NCBI GenBank assembly: GCA_050953065.1
Contig: JBMNLZ010000002.1
Location: 319,305-383,304 of the forward strand
From: Bacilli bacterium
GTDB lineage: Bacteria; Bacillota_I; Bacilli_A; ML615J-28; CAG-698
Direction of reading: 5' to 3'
DNA length: 64,000 nt
A program made the position numbers and the translations under genes. Under the pieces are notes generated by a model. The model was not told the origin of the DNA, made no database searches, and saw only the letters and a program-made list of their open reading frames with translations. Below, piece by piece: positions 1-11,075 of the stretch (within the stretch, counting starts at the first letter, position 1; every line of letters begins with the position of its first letter).

Positions 1-2
1 TG

Positions 3-209
3 ATTGAAGAAAAAGCAAAACAAAAAGATATTGCTCAAGTATTACAGGTTAGTGAAAACCAAGCATATTATATTATGCAAAATACTAAAAAACTTCCTAA
101 AGAAAAAATTGTAAATAATATTATTCAATTAGGTGAATTAGATTATAAAGTTAAAACTGGTAAAATAGATTTAGAAACAGCTTTAGAATATTTAGTTTTT
201 AAAGCATAA
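3..209 (+). CDS. C-terminal fragment of an upstream gene, possibly DNA polymerase III delta subunit (holA); 5' end lies outside the window
   Basis: Open frame 3 runs from the window edge to TAA at 207-209 (…KTGKIDLETALEYLVFKA*). It lies convergent with rpsT, which matches the Bacillus holA-rpsT arrangement. No diagnostic motif is visible in the fragment. Confidence 0.35.
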   Translation: MEEKAKQKDIAQVLQVSENQAYYIMQNTKKLPKEKIVNNIIQLGELDYKVKTGKIDLETALEYLVFKA

Positions 210-235
210 AAAAACACCCTTAATTGGGATGTTTT

Positions 236-499
236 TTAAGCAATAGAATTAATGCTTTTAGCTAAACGTGATTTAACACGACTAACATGATTCTTATAAT
301 AGATACCTTTTGATACAGCTTTATCTAATTTTTTAGATGCAAAATTATAAGCTTCTTGTGCTGCTTTATGATCTTTAGCAGCTACAGCTGTTTCAACGTT
401 TTTAATAGCTGTTTTTACAGAAGATTTAAAAGCTGCATTTGCTAGTCTTTTCTTTTCGTTTGTTATATTACGCTTTGCTTGTTGTTTAATATTAGCCAT
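236..499 (-). CDS. rpsT: 30S ribosomal protein S20
   Basis: 87-aa basic protein (MANIKQQAKRNITNEKKRL…) typical of S20; RBS GGAGGTGA upstream. Confidence 0.9.
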   Translation of the reverse strand: MANIKQQAKRNITNEKKRLANAAFKSSVKTAIKNVETAVAAKDHKAAQEAYNFASKKLDKAVSKGIYYKNHVSRVKSRLAKSINSIA

Positions 500-615
500 T
501 TAAGTCACCTCCGAAATTTCACATAATATATTGTAGCAAGAAAATTGAAAAAATGCAAGAAATAAGTAAACTATTTTTTTAAAAAAAATAATTTAAGAAA
601 AAATGAGGACAATAA

Positions 616-1734
616 ATGAAAAAAGAAGTAATAATAGTTGGAGCGGGAGCATCTGGAATCTTAAGTGCAATTTTAATTAAAAGAGAAAAACCAGAATGTA
701 ATGTAACACTAATTGAAAAAGAGAAAAAAATTGCTAAGAAACTAAAAGCTAGTGGAAATGGGAAATGTAATTTATCTAATAGTGATTTAAACATTAATTA
801 TTATAATCAAAAAGATTTTTTAAAAGAAAAGTTAAAAGAATTTGATTATGAGAAATTAAAGAATTTGTTTTTGTCATTAGGATTAATTATTAAAACTGAT
901 AAAGAAAATAGAAGTTATCCATATAGTGAAAATTCTAAAACAGTACTAGATGTTTTAAAATCTAATTTGGATAATTTAGGTGTAAGGATAATTTTAGAAA
1001 CTGAAATTATAAAAATAGAAAAACAAAACCGTTTTAAATTATATTCTAAGAAAGAATCATATGAGGCTGATTATGTAATTATGGCAGTAGGAGGATGTGC
1101 TGCAGTTAATCATTTTAATGGATATGATTTATTAAAAGAGTTAAATCATAATTTAAAAGAAGTATCTTCTAGTTTAGTTGGTCTAATTACAAATGAAGAT
1201 TTAAAAGAGTTAAAAGGAATTAGAACTAAAGCAAGAGTAACAGTTAAAGGGATAAAAGAAGATGGTGAAGTGCAATTTAGAGAAAACGGAATCTCAGGAA
1301 TTGTAGTTATGAACCTTTCAAGATTAATTAATAATGGTGATGAGATTATTTTAGATTTAATGCCTGAATATTCTATTAAAGATTTAGAAAATCTTTTTAA
1401 TGAAAAAGATCTTTTAAAAACTTTAGAAGGAATCTTTTTAAACCCACTTGCTTTTTATATTTATAATTTAGGAAAAAGTAAAAGTGAAGTAATTAAAAAT
1501 ATTAAAAATTTAAAGTTTACAGTAAAAGAAAAAGATTCACTGATTAATGCTCAAGTAACAAAGGGTGGAATTTTAATTAATGAAATTAATGATAATTTTG
1601 AATCAAGAAAAGTAAGTGGTTTATATATACTAGGTGAAACATTAGATGTTGATGGAATTTGTGGGGGCTATAATTTACATTTTGCTTGGTTATCTAGTTA
1701 TTTTGCTTGTAAAGATTTGATAAAAAAACTCTAA
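616..1734 (+). CDS. HI0933/BaiN-like FAD-dependent oxidoreductase
   Basis: N-terminal dinucleotide-binding motif VIIVGAGASGILSAI; length and C-terminal GGYNL motif fit the HI0933-like flavoprotein family. Confidence 0.55.
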   Translation: MKKEVIIVGAGASGILSAILIKREKPECNVTLIEKEKKIAKKLKASGNGKCNLSNSDLNINYYNQKDFLKEKLKEFDYEKLKNLFLSLGLIIKTDKENRSYPYSENSKTVLDVLKSNLDNLGVRIILETEIIKIEKQNRFKLYSKKESYEADYVIMAVGGCAAVNHFNGYDLLKELNHNLKEVSSSLVGLITNEDLKELKGIRTKARVTVKGIKEDGEVQFRENGISGIVVMNLSRLINNGDEIILDLMPEYSIKDLENLFNEKDLLKTLEGIFLNPLAFYIYNLGKSKSEVIKNIKNLKFTVKEKDSLINAQVTKGGILINEINDNFESRKVSGLYILGETLDVDGICGGYNLHFAWLSSYFACKDLIKKL

Positions 1735-1833
1735 ATTAATTCTAAAAAAAGTAAAAAAATATTATTTTTGAAAAAGAATTATTTAAATTGAAAAGACTTA
1801 AGAAAAATGATATAATATTTAAAGTGAAAGGTC

Positions 1834-2448
1834 GTGAACATCTTGAATCTACCTAATAAATTAACAATGTTAAGAGTTATTTTAATACCTGTAATTATAG
1901 TGATTGGTTTAATAGAATCTTTAGATGTAATAATGTTTGAAGGAACAAACATTAGTATTGCAAGTTTTATTATTTTGATTGTTTTTGCAGTAGCATCTTT
2001 TACAGATTTTCTAGATGGTTATATTGCAAGAAAATATAATTTGGTCACTGACTTTGGAAAGTTTGTAGATCCACTGGCTGATAAAATGTTAGTTGTATCT
2101 ACTTTAATCGTAATCTTTAATTTGAGTTTACTAGAAGGATATAAAGTCGCTTTATTTTTAGTCGCTGTAATTTTAATTATTATTAGAGAGTTTTTTGTTT
2201 CTGGAATTAGAATGATGGCAGCAACAAACTCTAAAGTTATTCAAGCAAGTAAATTAGGTAAGATTAAAACAGTTCTACAAATGGCGATGATTATTGTTAT
2301 TTTACTTGGTAATTATCCGTTTTCATTAATCAATTTTGATTTTGATACAGTTTTAATTATTGCGGCTTTAGTTATGACAATTCTATCTGCAATAGATTAT
2401 TATATAAAAAATAAAGATGCTGTATTTAGTACAGAGGAAAGGAATTAA
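1834..2448 (+). CDS. pgsA: CDP-diacylglycerol--glycerol-3-phosphate 3-phosphatidyltransferase
   Basis: CDP-alcohol phosphatidyltransferase motif [27 protein letters not shown]; multiple TM helices; sits immediately upstream of recA as in Firmicutes. GTG start. Confidence 0.8.
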   Translation: MNILNLPNKLTMLRVILIPVIIVIGLIESLDVIMFEGTNISIASFIILIVFAVASFTDFLDGYIARKYNLVTDFGKFVDPLADKMLVVSTLIVIFNLSLLEGYKVALFLVAVILIIIREFFVSGIRMMAATNSKVIQASKLGKIKTVLQMAMIIVILLGNYPFSLINFDFDTVLIIAALVMTILSAIDYYIKNKDAVFSTEERN

Positions 2449-2449
2449 T

Positions 2450-3451
2450 ATGGCAACACCAGATAAAGAAAAAGCAATTGAAGAAGCCTTAAAGAAAATT
2501 GAAAAAGAATTTGGAAAAGGCTCAGTTATGAAACTTGGAGAAAGAGTTTATGAAAAAATGGAAACAATTCCAACAGGCTCAATTTCTCTTGATATGGCAC
2601 TTGGGGTAGGAGGATATCCTAAGGGAAGAATTATTGAAATTTATGGACCAGAAAGCAGTGGTAAAACTACATTTGCATTGCATGCAATTGCTGAGGCTCA
2701 AAAGCAAGGAGGCTATGCAGCCTTTGTTGATGCTGAGCATGCCTTAGATGCAAACTATGCAAGAGCTTTAGGTGTTGATGTTGATAATTTGATTTTATCT
2801 CAACCTGATACTGGTGAACAAGCATTAGAAATAGTTGAACATTTAGTTAGAAGTGGAGCAATTGATATTGTTGTAATTGACTCTGTTGCAGCTTTGGTTC
2901 CTAGAGTTGAAATAGATGGTGAGATGGGAGATTCTCATATTGGTCTTCAAGCAAGACTTATGTCTCAAGCAATGCGTAAATTAAGTGGTGTTATTAGTAA
3001 GACTAATACTGTAGCAATCTTTATTAACCAAATTAGAGAAAAGGTTGGAACATATGGAAATCCTGAAACAACATCAGGAGGAAGAGCTTTAAAATTCTAT
3101 GCAACAATTCGTTTAGATATTAGAAAAGGTGAACAAATTAAAAATGGCACTGAAGCTGTTGGGAATATTACTAAAGTAAGAGTTGTTAAGAATAAAGTAG
3201 CACCACCTTTTAAAGTAGTTGAAGTTGACTTAGTATATGGTCAAGGAATTTCATATGAAGCGGAATTGCTTGATTTAGCTGTTAAAACAGATATTATTCA
3301 AAAGAGTGGATCATGGTTTTCATATGGTGAAGAAAAGTTAGGTCAAGGAAGAGAAAACATTAAAGACTATCTAAAAAAGAATCCTAATTTATGTAAAGAA
3401 TTAGAATTAAAAATTAGAGAAGTAATTAAAATCGATGGAGATTTAGAATAG
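2450..3451 (+). CDS. recA: Recombinase RecA
   Basis: Walker [10 protein letters not shown] and the full RecA core. The likely true start is [12 protein letters not shown] at 2450 (ATG right after the pgsA stop), not the upstream in-frame Met of the ORF track. Confidence 0.95.
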   Translation: MATPDKEKAIEEALKKIEKEFGKGSVMKLGERVYEKMETIPTGSISLDMALGVGGYPKGRIIEIYGPESSGKTTFALHAIAEAQKQGGYAAFVDAEHALDANYARALGVDVDNLILSQPDTGEQALEIVEHLVRSGAIDIVVIDSVAALVPRVEIDGEMGDSHIGLQARLMSQAMRKLSGVISKTNTVAIFINQIREKVGTYGNPETTSGGRALKFYATIRLDIRKGEQIKNGTEAVGNITKVRVVKNKVAPPFKVVEVDLVYGQGISYEAELLDLAVKTDIIQKSGSWFSYGEEKLGQGRENIKDYLKKNPNLCKELELKIREVIKIDGDLE

Positions 3452-3477
3452 AGGACTTTAATCCTCTATTTTTTTAA
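3449..3477 (+). terminator. Rho-independent terminator after recA
   Basis: Hairpin tagagga-cttTAa-tcctcta followed by a T-run. Confidence 0.7.
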
Positions 3478-3592
3478 TTTATAAAAAAATATATTTAGTG
3501 TTGAAAAAAAACGAGTTTTATAATATAATTATTAGGTAGACCATAAATATTCAAATATCGAATATATGAAAATTTAATAATGGAGGTATGTT

Positions 3593-5179
3593 ATGCAAAG
3601 TTTAGGACTACTGCTGATCTCAACAGTAGGTAGTATTTTAATCTGTGCTATATCTTCCATTGTAATGCTAGGGATTGGATTCCTTTTAGGGCGATTCTTT
3701 GTTCGTAAAAAGTTTGAACAAGCCGGCAAAGATGCTGCCAGAATTATTGAGGAAGCTTCTAAAAAAGCAGAAGAAAGTCGTAAAGAAGTTTTACTTGAAG
3801 TAAAAAAAGAAACTTATCAATTAAGACAAGAAGCTGATAAAGAAATTAAAGAACGTAAAAAAGCAGTCGAAGTTTTAGAATTGAGAGTTGAACAAAGAGA
3901 AGAACGTTTAGATAGTCTAACAAAGAGTTTAGAAAAACGTTCAGAAACTTTGGTATTCAAAGAAAAGAAAACTGAAGAAAAAGAAGCTGAAATCGCTAAA
4001 AGGGCTAGCAAAGTGGAAGAATTGATAGCTGAACAAGAGAAAAAGTTGATTGAAGTATCCGGATTATCCGTTGAAGAAGCGCGTAAGCAAATATTAGAAA
4101 GAGTTGAAGAAAGTATAGCATATGAGATTGCTGCTTTAATTAAAGAGTCTGAAGAAAAAGCAAAACTTGAAATTAAGAAAAAATCTCAAAGTCTACTAGC
4201 TAATGCTATTCAACAATATGCTAATGATGTTGTGAATGAAAGAACAGTTTCAACTGTTACTTTACCAAATGATGAAATGAAAGGAAGAATCATTGGTCGT
4301 GAAGGAAGAAATATTCGCGCCATTGAAGCCTCAACTGGAGTTGATTTAATAATTGATGATACACCAGAAGCTGTTGTTATTTCTTCTTTTGACCCTGTTA
4401 GAAGAGAAGTAGCCAAAAGAACTTTAGAGGCCTTGATTGCTGATGGAAGAATTCAGCCACCAAGGGTTGAAGAGTTAGTTGCTAAATTCAATAAAGAACT
4501 AGACAATGAAATTAAAGAAGCTGGTGAGAGAGCTATCTTTGATATTGGAATTGGAAAGGTTCATCCTGAATTAGTTAAACTAGTCGGAAGATTAAAATTT
4601 AGAACAAGTTATGGACAAAATGCTTTAACGCATTCTTTAGAAGTAGCTTATCTTGCAGGAAAGTTAGCTGTTGAGATTGGTGAAAATGAACACCTAGCAA
4701 GAAGAGCTGGACTTTTTCATGATATAGGAAAAGCAGTAGATCATGAAGTTGAAGGAAGTCATGTTGATATTGGAGTTGATCTTGCTAGACGTTATCGTGA
4801 AAATAATACTGTAATTGATGCGATTGCATCTCATCATGGTGATAAAGAAGCCACTACAGTGATTGCTCATTTAGTAGCAGCTGCTGATACATTATCAGCT
4901 GCAAGACCAGGAGCAAGAAGTGAATCTTTAGAAAATTATATTAAACGACTTAACCAATTAGAAGAAATTTGTAATGAGTTTAAAGGTGTTGAAAAGTCAT
5001 ATGCTTTACAAGCTGGTCGTGAAATTAGGATCATCGTTAAGCCAGAGATGATTAATGATGTTGAAACATATAAACTGGCAAGAGATATTCGTTTAAAGAT
5101 TGAAAATAATTTAAGCTACCCTGGGACAATTAAAGTTATCGTAATAAGAGAAACCAGAGCTCATGAGGTAGCGAAATAG
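3593..5179 (+). CDS. rny: Ribonuclease Y
   Basis: N-terminal TM helix, coiled-coil region, KH domain ([15 protein letters not shown]) and HD domain (HSLEVA…HDIGK). recA-rny-ymdB order is as in B. subtilis. Confidence 0.9.
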   Translation: MQSLGLLLISTVGSILICAISSIVMLGIGFLLGRFFVRKKFEQAGKDAARIIEEASKKAEESRKEVLLEVKKETYQLRQEADKEIKERKKAVEVLELRVEQREERLDSLTKSLEKRSETLVFKEKKTEEKEAEIAKRASKVEELIAEQEKKLIEVSGLSVEEARKQILERVEESIAYEIAALIKESEEKAKLEIKKKSQSLLANAIQQYANDVVNERTVSTVTLPNDEMKGRIIGREGRNIRAIEASTGVDLIIDDTPEAVVISSFDPVRREVAKRTLEALIADGRIQPPRVEELVAKFNKELDNEIKEAGERAIFDIGIGKVHPELVKLVGRLKFRTSYGQNALTHSLEVAYLAGKLAVEIGENEHLARRAGLFHDIGKAVDHEVEGSHVDIGVDLARRYRENNTVIDAIASHHGDKEATTVIAHLVAAADTLSAARPGARSESLENYIKRLNQLEEICNEFKGVEKSYALQAGREIRIIVKPEMINDVETYKLARDIRLKIENNLSYPGTIKVIVIRETRAHEVAK

Positions 5180-5207
5180 AAAGGTTTCCTTCGGGAAACC
5201 TTTTTTA
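5180..5207 (+). terminator. Rho-independent terminator after rny
   Basis: aaaggtttcc-TTCG-ggaaaccttt tetraloop hairpin plus T-run. Confidence 0.8.
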
Positions 5208-5224
5208 AATAAATAGGAGGCAGT

Positions 5225-6019
5225 TTGGAAATACTAATTATTGGAGATGTTTTTTCAAAATTAGGTAGAGCTTCTTTTGAAAAAAATCTTAAGAAAATTA
5301 AAGAAACAAGAAACATAAATTTTGTTATAGTTAATGGTGAGAATACAACTCATGGAAGAGGCCTAAATTTAGGACACTATAAATGGTTTATGGAGCAACA
5401 AGTAAATGTTATTACATTAGGAAATCATGCTTTTCAAAATAAAAGCATTTTAACTTATATTAACGATGTTAATAATATTGTAAGGCCGCTTAATTTTCCA
5501 GATGAAGCACCAGGTAAAGGCTATGTTACAGTTAACTATAACGGTAAAAAAATTACTGTTTTTCAAGTTGTAGGCAATATTTTTATGAATGGTGAACTTA
5601 TGAAAGTAGGAGAAATCTCATCACCATTTTTAAAAGCAGAAGAATTATTAGAAAAGGTTGAAAGTGATATTTATATTTGTGATATCCATGCTGAGGCAAC
5701 AAGTGAAAAAGTTGCTTTTGGTCATTACTTTACAGGTAAGATTGATATTATTTTTGGAACTCATACACATGTTCAAACATCTGATGCTAGGATTTTAAAT
5801 AATGAAACAGCTTATATTACAGATGTTGGTATGACAGGGCCATTAGATGGCGTAATTGGTGTAAAAAAAGATATAATTATTAATAGACTTGTAAATAAAA
5901 AGAATGCAGTTTTTTCACCTGAGGAAAAAGGTCAAACACAATTTTCTGCAATCATCGTTGAAATTGATGATAAAACAAACAAAGTTATTAAAATTGAAAC
6001 GATTTTTATTGTTGAGTAA
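5225..6019 (+). CDS. YmdB-like metallophosphoesterase (2',3'-cyclic nucleotide phosphodiesterase family)
   Basis: Calcineurin-like metal-binding motifs (GDVF…, GNHAF, …GTHTHVQT) and the position immediately downstream of rny. Confidence 0.75.
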   Translation: MEILIIGDVFSKLGRASFEKNLKKIKETRNINFVIVNGENTTHGRGLNLGHYKWFMEQQVNVITLGNHAFQNKSILTYINDVNNIVRPLNFPDEAPGKGYVTVNYNGKKITVFQVVGNIFMNGELMKVGEISSPFLKAEELLEKVESDIYICDIHAEATSEKVAFGHYFTGKIDIIFGTHTHVQTSDARILNNETAYITDVGMTGPLDGVIGVKKDIIINRLVNKKNAVFSPEEKGQTQFSAIIVEIDDKTNKVIKIETIFIVE

Positions 6020-6144
6020 AGGAAATAAAAGGTGTTTGAAAACATTTTCATAAAATTTTATTTCTTTACTAATATATGTATTTATAATATAATAGGAATA
6101 AGTTATATTTTTTATATAACAAAATAAATAGAAGGAGAAAATAA

Positions 6145-7335
6145 ATGAAAAAATTATTTTTAGTTTTAATTATGTTAGTAAGTGCATTTACACTTTCTGC
6201 ATGTAAGAAAAAAGAAGCTGAAACAGTTCGTTTTGCTTCAATTGGTCCTTTAACTGGTGCAGTATCAGTTTATGGACTTGCTGTTAAAAAAGGAATTGAA
6301 CTAGCTGTTGAAGAAATCAACAAAGCTGGTGGTATCACTTTAGAGGGTGGTGTTAAAAAATTAGTATCATTTGAAATGATAGATGATGAACACAACGGTG
6401 ACAAAGCAAAAACAGCGTTTAACTCTTTAAATAGAAAAGGACTTGACGTTTTAATCGGTGCTGTTACATCTGCTCCAACAGAAGCAGTTATTGCTGAGGC
6501 TATTAAAGTTGGTGTACCTATGATTACTCCAACTGGAACTGCAGATCATCTTACTGTAGGAAGTCCTGCAAATCGTGCAAATCGTCCAAATGTATTTAGA
6601 GCTTGTTTTTATGATTCACAACAAGGTCAAGTTATGGCAAACTTTGCTGCTAACACATTAGAAAATGTTTTTAAAATGGCAGTTTTCTATAACAGTGAAG
6701 ATGCTTATTCAACTGGTTTGAAAGATGCTTTTGTTGCAAAAGCTGTATCTAATGGTTATTCTGCTGAAAAAATTAAATTGATTGCTTATACTGGTGGAAC
6801 TGCTGATTTTACAACTCAAGTTGCACAAGTTACTTCTGGAAGTTATGATGCTGTATTCCTTCCTGATTATTATGAAGTTGTTGCAAATATTTTAACTACA
6901 TTACGTACTGCTGGATATACTGGTCCTTGTCTAGGTGTAGATGGTTGGGATGGAGTTTTAGGTCAATTTCCAACATCTGCTGATAAAGCAGTTTTAGCAA
7001 ATTGCTATTTCTCAAATCATTATGCTACAGATGATGATTCTGAAAAAGTTCAAAACTTTATCGCAGCTTTTGAAGCAAAATATAATGAAACTCCAAACTC
7101 ATTTGCAGTTTTAGGATATGATGCTACATTTATTGCAAAAGCAGCAATCGAAGAAGCAGGAACTGTTGATTATGATGCAGTTATCGCAGCTTTAAATAGT
7201 ATTACAGTACCTTCAGTTACTGGAAATATTGCTTTTGATGATAATGGTAACCCAATTAAGAGTGCTGCAATTATCACTTTCGATAGCGAAAATGACTATG
7301 CTTTAAAATTCCATTCAAGTGGAACTTCTGAATAA
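6145..7335 (+). CDS. Branched-chain amino acid ABC transporter substrate-binding lipoprotein (LivJ/K family)
   Basis: Lipobox LSAC, periplasmic binding protein type I fold, first gene of a livHMGF-like operon. Confidence 0.8.
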   Translation: MKKLFLVLIMLVSAFTLSACKKKEAETVRFASIGPLTGAVSVYGLAVKKGIELAVEEINKAGGITLEGGVKKLVSFEMIDDEHNGDKAKTAFNSLNRKGLDVLIGAVTSAPTEAVIAEAIKVGVPMITPTGTADHLTVGSPANRANRPNVFRACFYDSQQGQVMANFAANTLENVFKMAVFYNSEDAYSTGLKDAFVAKAVSNGYSAEKIKLIAYTGGTADFTTQVAQVTSGSYDAVFLPDYYEVVANILTTLRTAGYTGPCLGVDGWDGVLGQFPTSADKAVLANCYFSNHYATDDDSEKVQNFIAAFEAKYNETPNSFAVLGYDATFIAKAAIEEAGTVDYDAVIAALNSITVPSVTGNIAFDDNGNPIKSAAIITFDSENDYALKFHSSGTSE

Positions 7336-7423
7336 TAGTAATTAGATTTAAAGAATAGAAACCTATTATTTAGGTTTCTATTTATTATTTACAAGTAATA
7401 AGATTTAAGAAAGGATAATTGGT

Positions 7424-8317
7424 ATGTTTGCTCAAAAATTTGTTGAGGGTCTAGTTGCAGGTTTGCAAATGGGAAGTATATATGCATTAATTGCACTAGG
7501 ATATACAATGGTTTATGGAATTGTAAAATTAATAAATTTTGCACATGGAGAGATCATTATGATTGGTGCTTTTGTTGGATTAGCAATGTCTAATTTAATT
7601 GGAGCAAATCCTTTTACAATGATAGTTAGTATGTTTGCATCAAGTGTAGTTTGTGCAATAGTAGCTATATTAATTGAAAAGATTGCTTATAAACCGCTTA
7701 GAAATTTAAAAAGAATTACTTCTTTAATTACTGCAATTGGAATGAGTTATTTAATTCAAAACATTTTTATGTTAATTGAACAAAACCAACAAAAATCTCC
7801 AAGATTTATTACGTTTCCTATAGATACTCCAAAATGGCAAGTTGATTTATATACAACTTTGTTTACTGTTGGTGTTTCACTACTTTTAATGATAGGGTTA
7901 ATGTTCTTTGTTCAAAAAACAAAAATAGGTAAATCAATGAGAGCAGTATCAGAAAATATGGATGCAGCTAAATTAATGGGAGTTAATGTTAATACAACAA
8001 TTACAATAACTTTTGCTTTAGGAGCAGTTTTAGCTGCGATTGGTGCATATTTTTATTGTTTAAGAATACCTTACTTTAAATATACTTTTGGTTCTATTGA
8101 AATAGGAATTAAACCATTTGTTGCAGCAGTAGTTGGAGGAATTGGAAGTTTTCCAGGTGCTGTTGTTGGTGGTTATATAATTGGGATGATAGAATCGCTA
8201 ATTGGAGTAACTGCAATAAGTAGATGGAAAGATGTTTTTGTATTCGGTATTTTAATTGTTATATTAATTGTAAAGCCAGAGGGCGTTTTTGGTAAAAACG
8301 TCGGACAGAAGGTGTAG
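7424..8317 (+). CDS. Branched-chain amino acid ABC transporter permease (LivH-like)
   Basis: Polytopic membrane protein, BPD_transp_2-like, operon context. Confidence 0.8.
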   Translation: MFAQKFVEGLVAGLQMGSIYALIALGYTMVYGIVKLINFAHGEIIMIGAFVGLAMSNLIGANPFTMIVSMFASSVVCAIVAILIEKIAYKPLRNLKRITSLITAIGMSYLIQNIFMLIEQNQQKSPRFITFPIDTPKWQVDLYTTLFTVGVSLLLMIGLMFFVQKTKIGKSMRAVSENMDAAKLMGVNVNTTITITFALGAVLAAIGAYFYCLRIPYFKYTFGSIEIGIKPFVAAVVGGIGSFPGAVVGGYIIGMIESLIGVTAISRWKDVFVFGILIVILIVKPEGVFGKNVGQKV

Positions 8318-8318
8318 T

Positions 8319-9491
8319 ATGATGAATGAAGATATAAGAGTAAAAGTTTTTGATAAGAAAAAGATTTTGAAAAATTATTTAATTAATTCAGGTGCTATAT
8401 TAGCTGTATTAATAATTCTTTCATTGCTTGGAAGAGAAAATCCTTCTGATCTTAGAAACTTAATTATTTTAGCATCAATTAATATTTTAGCGGCTGTTTC
8501 ACTTAATATGATGTGCGGGTCATTGGGTGAACTAGTTTTAGGGCATGCAGGCTTTATGTTAACAGGAGCCTATGCAGCTGGTATTTTTACTAAAGCATGG
8601 CAAGTGTCAGATAAACTAATGGTTAGATTTGTAATGCAACCAGCGGGTTACTTACAAATAATCCTAGCAGTTCTTATTGCAGGGCTAGTTGCTGCATTAC
8701 TGGCTTTTATTATTTCAATACCATTTTTAAGATTAAAGGGTGACTATCTAGCTATTGTTACGTTAGGGTTTACTTTGATAATGGTAACAGTAGCGGTTAA
8801 TATGCCAATGTCTCCTGAATCAGGATGGTATACAAGTGGTGCTCAAGGTTTAATTGGAGTTCAAAATATCTTGGAAATAAATGCCTTTATGGCAGTTGCT
8901 ATAATGATTCTTTCTGTAACGATTATCTTATTGTTTATGCTTTCAAGGCACGGGCGTGCAATTCTTGCAATTAGAGAAGACTATATTGCAGCTGAAGCAT
9001 CTGGAATTAAGGTTAATAAATACAAGGTTATTACTTTTGTTATTTCAGCTTTCTTTGCTGGTGTTGCTGGTGGAGTATATGCTTTTTATAATAATGTAGC
9101 GCCAACAAAATTTTCTTTTGAAAAATCAATTGAAATTTTAGTTATGGTAGTTTTAGGTGGAATAGGATCTTATACTGGATCAATTCTTTCAGCCTTTGCT
9201 CTTACGGCTCTACCAATTTTATTATTAGATTTTTCAAGATATCAAAAGTTAGTATATGCGATAATTTTATTAGTAGTTATGCTTATTAAACCAACGGGAC
9301 TTTTCGGAACAAAAGAATTTACTTGGAAAGCCTTAAAAGAAGCTCCGAAAAAATTTTATGCTTGGTTAAAAGCATTACCTAAGAATATTTCTAATGGATT
9401 TAAAAATTTAGGTCAAAAGATTAAATATATCTTTAAAAAACCTTCTAACGAAGTAGTTGAGTCAGGAGGTAATAAAGATGAAAGAAAATAG
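8319..9491 (+). CDS. Branched-chain amino acid ABC transporter permease (LivM-like)
   Basis: Polytopic permease. Probable start is MMNEDIRV at 8319 with RBS GGACAGAAGGTG, just after the livH stop. Confidence 0.75.
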   Translation: MMNEDIRVKVFDKKKILKNYLINSGAILAVLIILSLLGRENPSDLRNLIILASINILAAVSLNMMCGSLGELVLGHAGFMLTGAYAAGIFTKAWQVSDKLMVRFVMQPAGYLQIILAVLIAGLVAALLAFIISIPFLRLKGDYLAIVTLGFTLIMVTVAVNMPMSPESGWYTSGAQGLIGVQNILEINAFMAVAIMILSVTIILLFMLSRHGRAILAIREDYIAAEASGIKVNKYKVITFVISAFFAGVAGGVYAFYNNVAPTKFSFEKSIEILVMVVLGGIGSYTGSILSAFALTALPILLLDFSRYQKLVYAIILLVVMLIKPTGLFGTKEFTWKALKEAPKKFYAWLKALPKNISNGFKNLGQKIKYIFKKPSNEVVESGGNKDERK

Positions 9492-10260
9492 AAAAATTGT
9501 TTTAGAAACAAAGGACTTAGAAATTAATTTTGGTGGACTTCAAGCAGTTAAAGAATTAAACATGAAGATTTATGAAAAAGAATTAGTTGGATTAATTGGT
9601 CCAAATGGGGCTGGTAAGACTACTGTCTTTAATTTAATCACTGGAGTTTATAAAGCAACTAGTGGCTCAATTTATCTTTGTGGGGAAAGTATTTTAAATA
9701 AACTTACTCATGAAAGAGTAAAAAAAGGAATTACTAGAACTTTTCAAAATATAAGACTTTTTAAAAATTTAACAGTTTTAGATAATGTAAAAGTTGCTTG
9801 TAATATTAATATGAAATATTCAATGTTAGCTGGAGTCTTTCGTCTTCCAAGTTACTGGAAAGAAGAAGCTATGGTTGAAAAGAAAGCATTAGATATTTTA
9901 AAGGTTTTTGGTCTTGAAGGTTATGCAAAGCAACTAGCTAGTAATTTACCATATGGTAAACAAAGAAAATTAGAAATTGCTCGTGCTTTAGCATCAGATC
10001 CAAAAATTATTTTACTAGATGAACCAGCTGCAGGAATGAATCCAACTGAGACTCAAGAGTTAATGGAAACAATTAGTATCATTAGAGATAAGTTTAATGT
10101 AACGATTCTTTTAATTGAACACGATATGAAATTAGTTATGGGGATTTGTGAGAGAATTTATGTTTTAAATTATGGTGAACTAATTGCAAGTGGTACTCCA
10201 AAAGAAGTTGCTCATAACGAAAAGGTCATTACTGCATATCTAGGAACTGGAGAAATATAA
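9478..10260 (+). CDS. Branched-chain amino acid ABC transporter ATP-binding protein (LivG-like)
   Basis: Walker A GPNGAGKTT, LSGGQ-like signature (LPYGKQRKLEIARAL), Walker B ILLDEPAAG. Confidence 0.85.
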   Translation: MKENRKIVLETKDLEINFGGLQAVKELNMKIYEKELVGLIGPNGAGKTTVFNLITGVYKATSGSIYLCGESILNKLTHERVKKGITRTFQNIRLFKNLTVLDNVKVACNINMKYSMLAGVFRLPSYWKEEAMVEKKALDILKVFGLEGYAKQLASNLPYGKQRKLEIARALASDPKIILLDEPAAGMNPTETQELMETISIIRDKFNVTILLIEHDMKLVMGICERIYVLNYGELIASGTPKEVAHNEKVITAYLGTGEI

Positions 10261-10261
10261 T

Positions 10262-10996
10262 ATGGCAAGATTTATATTAAAAGTTAAAGATATTAGTGTT
10301 AGTTATGATGCTACAATTAGAGCAATTCATAATGTTAGTGTTGATATAAAAGAAGGTAAGATTGTAGCTTTTATTGGAGCCAATGGTGCAGGAAAGACTA
10401 CAATTTTAAAAACTATTTCAGGACTACTTCGTCCAACAAGTGGTGCAATCCATTGGTTAAATGAAGATGGAACAATTCTTGATTTAATAAAAATAGAACC
10501 ACATAAGATTTTACAACTTGGCATGGCTCATGTACCTGAAGGTAGACAAGTCTTTGCTAATCTAACAGTTCAAGAAAATCTTGAAATGGGAGCATATGTT
10601 ATTAAAGATAAAAAGAAAATAGAAGAAAATATGCAGAAGATGTTTGAAAAGTTTCCAAGATTAGCAGAAAGAAAAAAACAACTTGCAGGAACTTTATCTG
10701 GTGGGGAACAACAAATGTTAGCGATAGCTCGTGCTTTAATGAGTAATCCTAAAATCTTGTTATTAGATGAACCTTCAATGGGCTTATCACCAATTTTAGT
10801 TTCAGAAGTATTTGAAATTATCCAAGAGATTAGAGATATGGGGACTACAATTTTAATTGTTGAACAAAATGCACGTATGGCTTTATCAATTGCTAATTAT
10901 GCTTATGTTTTAGAAACAGGTAGAGTTGTAATGCAAGGCGATGCTAAGGAATTACTTAAAAACGATGAAGTAAGAAAAGCATATTTAGGTGCATAA
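10262..10996 (+). CDS. Branched-chain amino acid ABC transporter ATP-binding protein (LivF-like)
   Basis: Walker A GANGAGKTT, signature LSGGEQQML, Walker B LLLDEPS. Confidence 0.85.
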   Translation: MARFILKVKDISVSYDATIRAIHNVSVDIKEGKIVAFIGANGAGKTTILKTISGLLRPTSGAIHWLNEDGTILDLIKIEPHKILQLGMAHVPEGRQVFANLTVQENLEMGAYVIKDKKKIEENMQKMFEKFPRLAERKKQLAGTLSGGEQQMLAIARALMSNPKILLLDEPSMGLSPILVSEVFEIIQEIRDMGTTILIVEQNARMALSIANYAYVLETGRVVMQGDAKELLKNDEVRKAYLGA

Positions 10997-11075
10997 TCAA
11001 AAAATTATAATTAATCTATGTTTATTTAAAAAAACATAGATTTTTTTATCTTGAAATATGGTATAATATGAGTAG

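Noticed and set aside
579-794. 71-aa minus-strand ORF
   Set aside because: Antisense to the start of the 616 flavoprotein gene and its promoter; hydrophobic AT-rich artefact.
3817-4416. Minus-strand ORFs 3817-4011 and 4210-4416
   Set aside because: Antisense inside rny, which is confidently coding.
10327-10524. 65-aa minus-strand ORF
   Set aside because: Antisense inside the livF-like ATPase gene.
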